Shown here piece by piece: positions 60,021 through 64,000 of a stretch of DNA of 64,000 bases; within the stretch, counting starts at the first letter, position 1; the number at the start of each line of letters is the position of its first letter. The notes beneath the pieces were generated by a model, which ran no database searches, had not been told where the DNA came from, and saw nothing but the letters and a program-made list of their open reading frames with translations. Both the position numbers and the translations under genes were made by a program. This DNA is from Tagaea sp. CACIAM 22H2 (GTDB lineage: Bacteria; Pseudomonadota; Alphaproteobacteria; CACIAM-22H2). The stretch is taken from contig PVXE01000003.1 of the NCBI GenBank assembly GCA_014444615.1, positions 83,793 through 147,792 on the forward strand. Reading direction: 5' to 3'.

Positions 60021-62450
60021 ATGGCCATCGCAACGCGCATTTCCGGCGGACTTCTTCCCGAAGGGGCGGGCGCGTTCCTGCGCCGGCGCATCGCGGAGAT
60101 CGCGGGCACGGCCGCGATCGTGATCGCGGCGTTGATCGTCGCCTCGCTCGTCACCTACTCGCCCGAAGACCCGAGCTTCAGCCACGCGACCGACAAGGCG
60201 CCGTCCAACATCCTGGGCCATGCGGGCGCTTCGATCGCCGATATCCTGTTCCAGACGCTGGGCCTTGCGGCCGCATTGATCCCCGTCGCCTTGCTCGGCT
60301 GGGGCTGGCGCTTGATCCGTTCGCGCAGCTTGCCCTTGTGGGGCTTGCGCGTATCGCTGCTGCCCGTGACCGTGCTGCTTGCGGCGATGGCGCTGTCGAC
60401 TTGGGCTGCCCCCGCTGGCTGGCCGCGCCCGCTCGATGGCGGTTTGGGCGGCGTCGTGGGTCGCTTGTTCCTGGCGCAGTTCCTGGCGCTGGGCGCCGAT
60501 CTTGGCCACGGCGCGGATGTGCTGGCCTGGGGTGCGGCACTGCTCGCGACGATCGGCTTCGTCTTCGGCCTTGCCATTACTTGGGGCGAGTATCGCACCG
60601 CGGCGTGGGCTAGCGGCGTGGCCGCACGCGGCGTCGCGCAAGGCACGACGACGATCGTTGCGTTCTTCTCGGCGCTTGTCGCGAAGATCCGCCTGGGCGA
60701 TCCCGCCAAGGCGCGCGCGCGCGAAAAGCGCGAGATGAAGCGCAGCCGCGCCGAGCCTTCGTTCGACGGATCGGCCGATCCCGCGCCGGAGATCGAGGAA
60801 GAGCCCGAGATCGAAAAGCCGCGCCCCACGCCGGCACAGCTGGTCGAACGCAGCGCCCCGGTGGAAAAGCCGAAGGCCGAGCCCAAGAAGAAGCCCAAGC
60901 AAGCGGCACTCGATCTGGCCGTGCAGGGCGAATATCTGCCGCCGTCGATCGATCTGCTCGCCAAGCCCAAGATCGCGAAGATCGCCAGCGTCGACGAAGG
61001 CGCCTTGGCCCAGAACGCACGCTTGTTGGAAAGCGTGCTCGACGATTACGGCGTGAAGGGCCAGATCGTAAAGGTCCGCCCCGGCCCCGTGGTCACGCTC
61101 TACGAACTCGAGCCCGCCCCCGGCACCAAGGCCGCGCGCGTGGTGGGTCTGTCGGACGATATCGCGCGCTCGATGTCCGCACTCGCCGTGCGCGTCGCGG
61201 TCGTACCGGGGCGCAACGTCATCGGCATCGAATTGCCCAACGCCGAACGCGAAACGGTCTATCTGCGCGATCTGCTGGAGCAGACGCTGGAGGACAAGCA
61301 GAACGGCATCCTCAATCTCGTGCTCGGCCGCGATATCGGCGGCCAGCCGATCATCGTCGATCTCGCCCGCATGCCCCACTTGCTGATCGCCGGCACGACC
61401 GGCTCGGGCAAGTCGGTCGCGATCAACACGATGATCCTGTCGCTGCTCTACAAGCTGACGCCGGGCGAATGCCGCTTCATCATGGTCGACCCGAAGATGA
61501 TCGAATTGTCCGTCTATGACGGCATTCCCCATCTTCTGTCGCCCGTGGTCACCGACCCCAAGAAGGCCGTCGTGGCCCTCAAATGGGCGGTCAAGGAAAT
61601 GGAAAGCCGCTATCGCGCGATGTCGAAGCTCGGCGTGCGCAATATCGCGGGCTACAATCAGCGCCTGGCCGACGCGCGCAAGAACGGCGAAGCGTTGACG
61701 CGCAAGGTGCAGACCGGCTTCGACGAGGCGGGCAAGCCGGTGTTCGAGGATCAGCCCCTCGACATGACGCCGCTGCCCTTCATCGTCGTCGTGGTCGACG
61801 AAATGGCCGACCTGATGTTGGTCGCCGGCAAGGACGTCGAATGGGCGGTGCAGCGTTTGGCGCAGATGGCGCGCGCAGCCGGCATCCATCTGTTGATGGC
61901 CACGCAACGCCCCTCGGTCGACGTCATCACCGGCACCATCAAAGCGAACTTCCCGACGCGTATTTCGTTCCAGGTCACCAGCAAGATCGACAGCCGCACG
62001 ATCTTGGGCGAACAAGGTGCCGAACAACTACTGGGCCAAGGCGACATGCTGTACATGGCCGGCGGCGGGCGCATCACCCGCGTCCACGGGCCGTTCGTGT
62101 CCGACCGCGAGGTCGAACATGTCGTGCAGCATCTGAAGGCGCAGGGCGCCCCGGCTTACGTCGACGAAGTGACCGAAGACGAGGAAGCGCTCGCCGCACT
62201 CGACGGCGGCGGCGACGCGATGGGCGGCGGTGGCGGCGGCGGCTCGGGCGACGATCTTTACGATCAAGCCGTGGCGCTGGTCGCGCGCGAGCGCAAATGC
62301 TCGACGAGTTTCATCCAGCGCCATTTGCAGATCGGCTACAACCGCGCGGCGCGCATCGTCGAGAAGATGGAAGCCGAAGGCGTGGTCAGCTCGGCCAACC
62401 ACGTGGGCAAGCGCGAAGTGCTGGCCCCCAAGGGCGATTACGCGGCGTAA
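60021..62450 (+). CDS. ftsK: DNA translocase FtsK
   Basis: 809 aa; N-terminal TM domain, Pro/Glu-rich linker, motor domain with Walker A GTTGSGKS, C-terminal gamma winged-helix. Confidence 0.9.
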   Translation: MAIATRISGGLLPEGAGAFLRRRIAEIAGTAAIVIAALIVASLVTYSPEDPSFSHATDKAPSNILGHAGASIADILFQTLGLAAALIPVALLGWGWRLIRSRSLPLWGLRVSLLPVTVLLAAMALSTWAAPAGWPRPLDGGLGGVVGRLFLAQFLALGADLGHGADVLAWGAALLATIGFVFGLAITWGEYRTAAWASGVAARGVAQGTTTIVAFFSALVAKIRLGDPAKARAREKREMKRSRAEPSFDGSADPAPEIEEEPEIEKPRPTPAQLVERSAPVEKPKAEPKKKPKQAALDLAVQGEYLPPSIDLLAKPKIAKIASVDEGALAQNARLLESVLDDYGVKGQIVKVRPGPVVTLYELEPAPGTKAARVVGLSDDIARSMSALAVRVAVVPGRNVIGIELPNAERETVYLRDLLEQTLEDKQNGILNLVLGRDIGGQPIIVDLARMPHLLIAGTTGSGKSVAINTMILSLLYKLTPGECRFIMVDPKMIELSVYDGIPHLLSPVVTDPKKAVVALKWAVKEMESRYRAMSKLGVRNIAGYNQRLADARKNGEALTRKVQTGFDEAGKPVFEDQPLDMTPLPFIVVVVDEMADLMLVAGKDVEWAVQRLAQMARAAGIHLLMATQRPSVDVITGTIKANFPTRISFQVTSKIDSRTILGEQGAEQLLGQGDMLYMAGGGRITRVHGPFVSDREVEHVVQHLKAQGAPAYVDEVTEDEEALAALDGGGDAMGGGGGGGSGDDLYDQAVALVARERKCSTSFIQRHLQIGYNRAARIVEKMEAEGVVSSANHVGKREVLAPKGDYAA

Positions 62451-63331
62451 AGATCGGCCGGGTTGGCGACGCGCTTTTCCAGCGCGACTTTGAGCTTGCC
62501 GAGCGCGCGCGCTTCGATCTGACGCACGCGTTCCTTCGATACGCCAAGGCGCGTGCCCAGCGTTTCGAGCGTCACACTTTCGTCTTCGTCGGCCAAGCGC
62601 CGTGCGGCGATCACCGCGCGTTCGCGTGGGGACAGATCGCCCATCGCTTCGCGCAATAGGCGCGCCCGCGCGTCGCGATCGTGCCACGACATCGCGTCGG
62701 CTTCGGGATCCGCGCGCTCGTCGGCCAAGGATTCGCCCCAGCTGCGCGCCGACCCGTCGTCGCCCGCGACGGGCGCGTCGAGCGAGCGGTCGCCGCCCGA
62801 CATGCGGCCTTCCATCTCGATCACGTCGCCGATAGTCACGCCCAATTCCTGGGCGACCTTGGCGCGCGTATCGTCGGTCATCGGCTCACCGTTGCGGTCG
62901 CCCAAACGCGCGCGCACGCGGCGCAGATTGAAGAACAGCGATTTATGCGCGGCCGTCGTGCCGGTGCGCACGATCGACCAATTGCGCAGCACGAAGTCTT
63001 GGATCGCCGCGCGGATCCACCATTGCGCATAGGTCGCGAAGCGCACGTCGCGCGACGGCTCGAAACGCGCCGCCGCTTGCATCAGGCCGATATGGCCTTC
63101 CTGGATCAGATCGCCGACCGGCAGGCCGTAATGGCGGAATTTGAGCGCCGCCGACACGACCATGCGGCTATAGGCGCCGATCAATTCGTCGAGGGCGGCT
63201 TGATCGCCCGATTCGCGCCAACGTTTGGCGAGATCGAGCTCGCGTTCGCGCGCGAGCAATTTGGTCTTCATCGCCTTGCGGATGAAGCGGATATTCGCGG
63301 CTTGCGTGGCGGTGTCGTCCATACGGGCCAT
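62438..63331 (-). CDS. rpoH: RNA polymerase sigma-32 factor
   Basis: 297 aa; RpoH box-like QRKLFFNL variant (HKSLFFNLRRV), regions 2 and 4; convergent 13-nt overlap with ftsK. Confidence 0.9.
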   Translation of the reverse strand: MARMDDTATQAANIRFIRKAMKTKLLARERELDLAKRWRESGDQAALDELIGAYSRMVVSAALKFRHYGLPVGDLIQEGHIGLMQAAARFEPSRDVRFATYAQWWIRAAIQDFVLRNWSIVRTGTTAAHKSLFFNLRRVRARLGDRNGEPMTDDTRAKVAQELGVTIGDVIEMEGRMSGGDRSLDAPVAGDDGSARSWGESLADERADPEADAMSWHDRDARARLLREAMGDLSPRERAVIAARRLADEDESVTLETLGTRLGVSKERVRQIEARALGKLKVALEKRVANPADLYAA

Positions 63332-63376
63332 GATGCGTATCTCCGTGAAGAAATACGCCGGGGTCCGCCGGGTGGA

Positions 63377-64000
63377 TCACTGCTCCGTTTGCAGCATTTC
63401 GACGATTTCGCCCCGGTTCGTCACGCAGGCCGCGACGAGCGTGCCGGGCGTTTCCCCGCAAAGGGTTAGCGTATAGGGGCCGTCCGGATTCCGGGTTTTT
63501 TCCGGGGCATGGCCGCGCACGATGCGCTGGAACCCCTCGAACGGCGCGTCGATTTTGGCGAAATCGCCGCTGCCCCACCACAAGGCATCACCCTGGGCGG
63601 CCAGCGGCCGGGCCAAATCCAGGCCGGCCGATACGAACAGCAGGCGGCCCAGATCGTCATGGGCGGCGCGGCGCAGGGCCAGCATCACGTCGCGATGGCC
63701 GCCGCGCGCTTCCATTGCCGCGCGCAGTTTGGCGGTCCAGCGCGCGATCGACGTCGCCCCCGCCCCGCAGGCTTGCATTCCTTCGCGCGGATCGACGCCA
63801 TAGGATTGCAGCGTGGCTTCCAGCCCGCGCGCCAGCATCCAGGTCAGGATATCGCGCGGGTTGACCGCGAAATGGAGCTGCAACGTCTTCTGCCACATCT
63901 CCTCCTGGGCGCCGCGCAGCATGACGAAATCGGCGGCGAAAAAGCCGGGCATGGCGATGAAAGCGCGGCGGAAATCGACCAGCGCGTCGAGCACGCCGGC
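63377..64000 (-). CDS. partial PPP-family metallophosphatase-like protein (ApaH / Ser-Thr phosphatase-like); N-terminus beyond window
   Basis: C-terminal 205 aa visible; LLFVSAGL and IVRGHAP resemble PPP LVHAGI and GHTP motifs. Confidence 0.4.
   Translation of the reverse strand, partial: AGVLDALVDFRRAFIAMPGFFAADFVMLRGAQEEMWQKTLQLHFAVNPRDILTWMLARGLEATLQSYGVDPREGMQACGAGATSIARWTAKLRAAMEARGGHRDVMLALRRAAHDDLGRLLFVSAGLDLARPLAAQGDALWWGSGDFAKIDAPFEGFQRIVRGHAPEKTRNPDGPYTLTLCGETPGTLVAACVTNRGEIVEMLQTEQ

Overview
The window is a high-GC (about 65%) chromosomal segment of an alphaproteobacterium-like genome. It is densely coding, with about 60 CDS and one tRNA-Gly, and many translationally coupled genes share 4-nt ATGA or GTGA overlaps. 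There are no transposases, integrases or CRISPR arrays.

Coordinates below are derived from the supplied ORF track. Several long track ORFs are artefactual 5' extensions or antisense ORFs typical of high-GC DNA, and I trimmed them to starts supported by homology. Products are assigned from motifs and family resemblance in the translations; no database search was possible.

Gene content, in order:
- 49-837: CpdA-like phosphoesterase.
- 923-1606 (-): tandem cold-shock-domain protein with a Gly/Tyr/Arg low-complexity linker.
- 1942-7217 (-): a six-gene coupled operon of LysE exporter, OCD/mu-crystallin enzyme, polar amino acid ABC transporter (SBP, ATPase, single permease) and an ATZ/TRZ-like amidohydrolase.
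- 7322-9632 (+): a divergent class-B flavin monooxygenase-like gene plus a PuuE-like polysaccharide deacetylase.
- 9629-18899 (-): ihfB-lapA-like pair, sppA, a hypothetical protein, a GhrA-like dehydrogenase and the yejABEF peptide/microcin-type ABC operon.
- 19180-22305 (+): XylF-like sugar ABC transporter.
- 22302-29860 (-): a HisN-like IMPase, hbd-etfBA, and hemC-hemD-hemY in which hemD is fused in frame to a HemX/mitofilin-like domain.
- 29920-34810 (+): the tsaD-gpsA-EVE-Rieske chain and acs.
- 34878-38591: an MCP, a small membrane protein and a UbiH-like monooxygenase.
- 38804-40334 (+): a low-GC orphan SBP plus permease pair with no ATPase.
- 40553-42506 (+): glnK-amtB with its own terminator and a sigma54-like promoter.
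- 42653-52072 (+): a sugar (UgpC-type) ABC system and a Dpp/Opp-type peptide ABC system.
- 52038-52111 (-): tRNA-Gly(CCC).
- 52347-58436: metZ behind a SAM-II-like riboswitch leader, apaG, folE, an ArgE-like deacetylase overlapped by an AAC(3)-family acetyltransferase, and an MsbA-like exporter.
- 58795-64000: a DapC-like aminotransferase, ftsK, rpoH and a partial phosphatase-like gene.

The best candidate for an undescribed system is the OCD, amidohydrolase, flavin monooxygenase and deacetylase locus with its dedicated importer and exporter (1942-9632). Secondary candidates are the metZ riboswitch leader, the HemD fusion, the deacetylase/acetyltransferase overlap, the orphan low-GC transporter pair and the low-complexity tandem-CSD protein.
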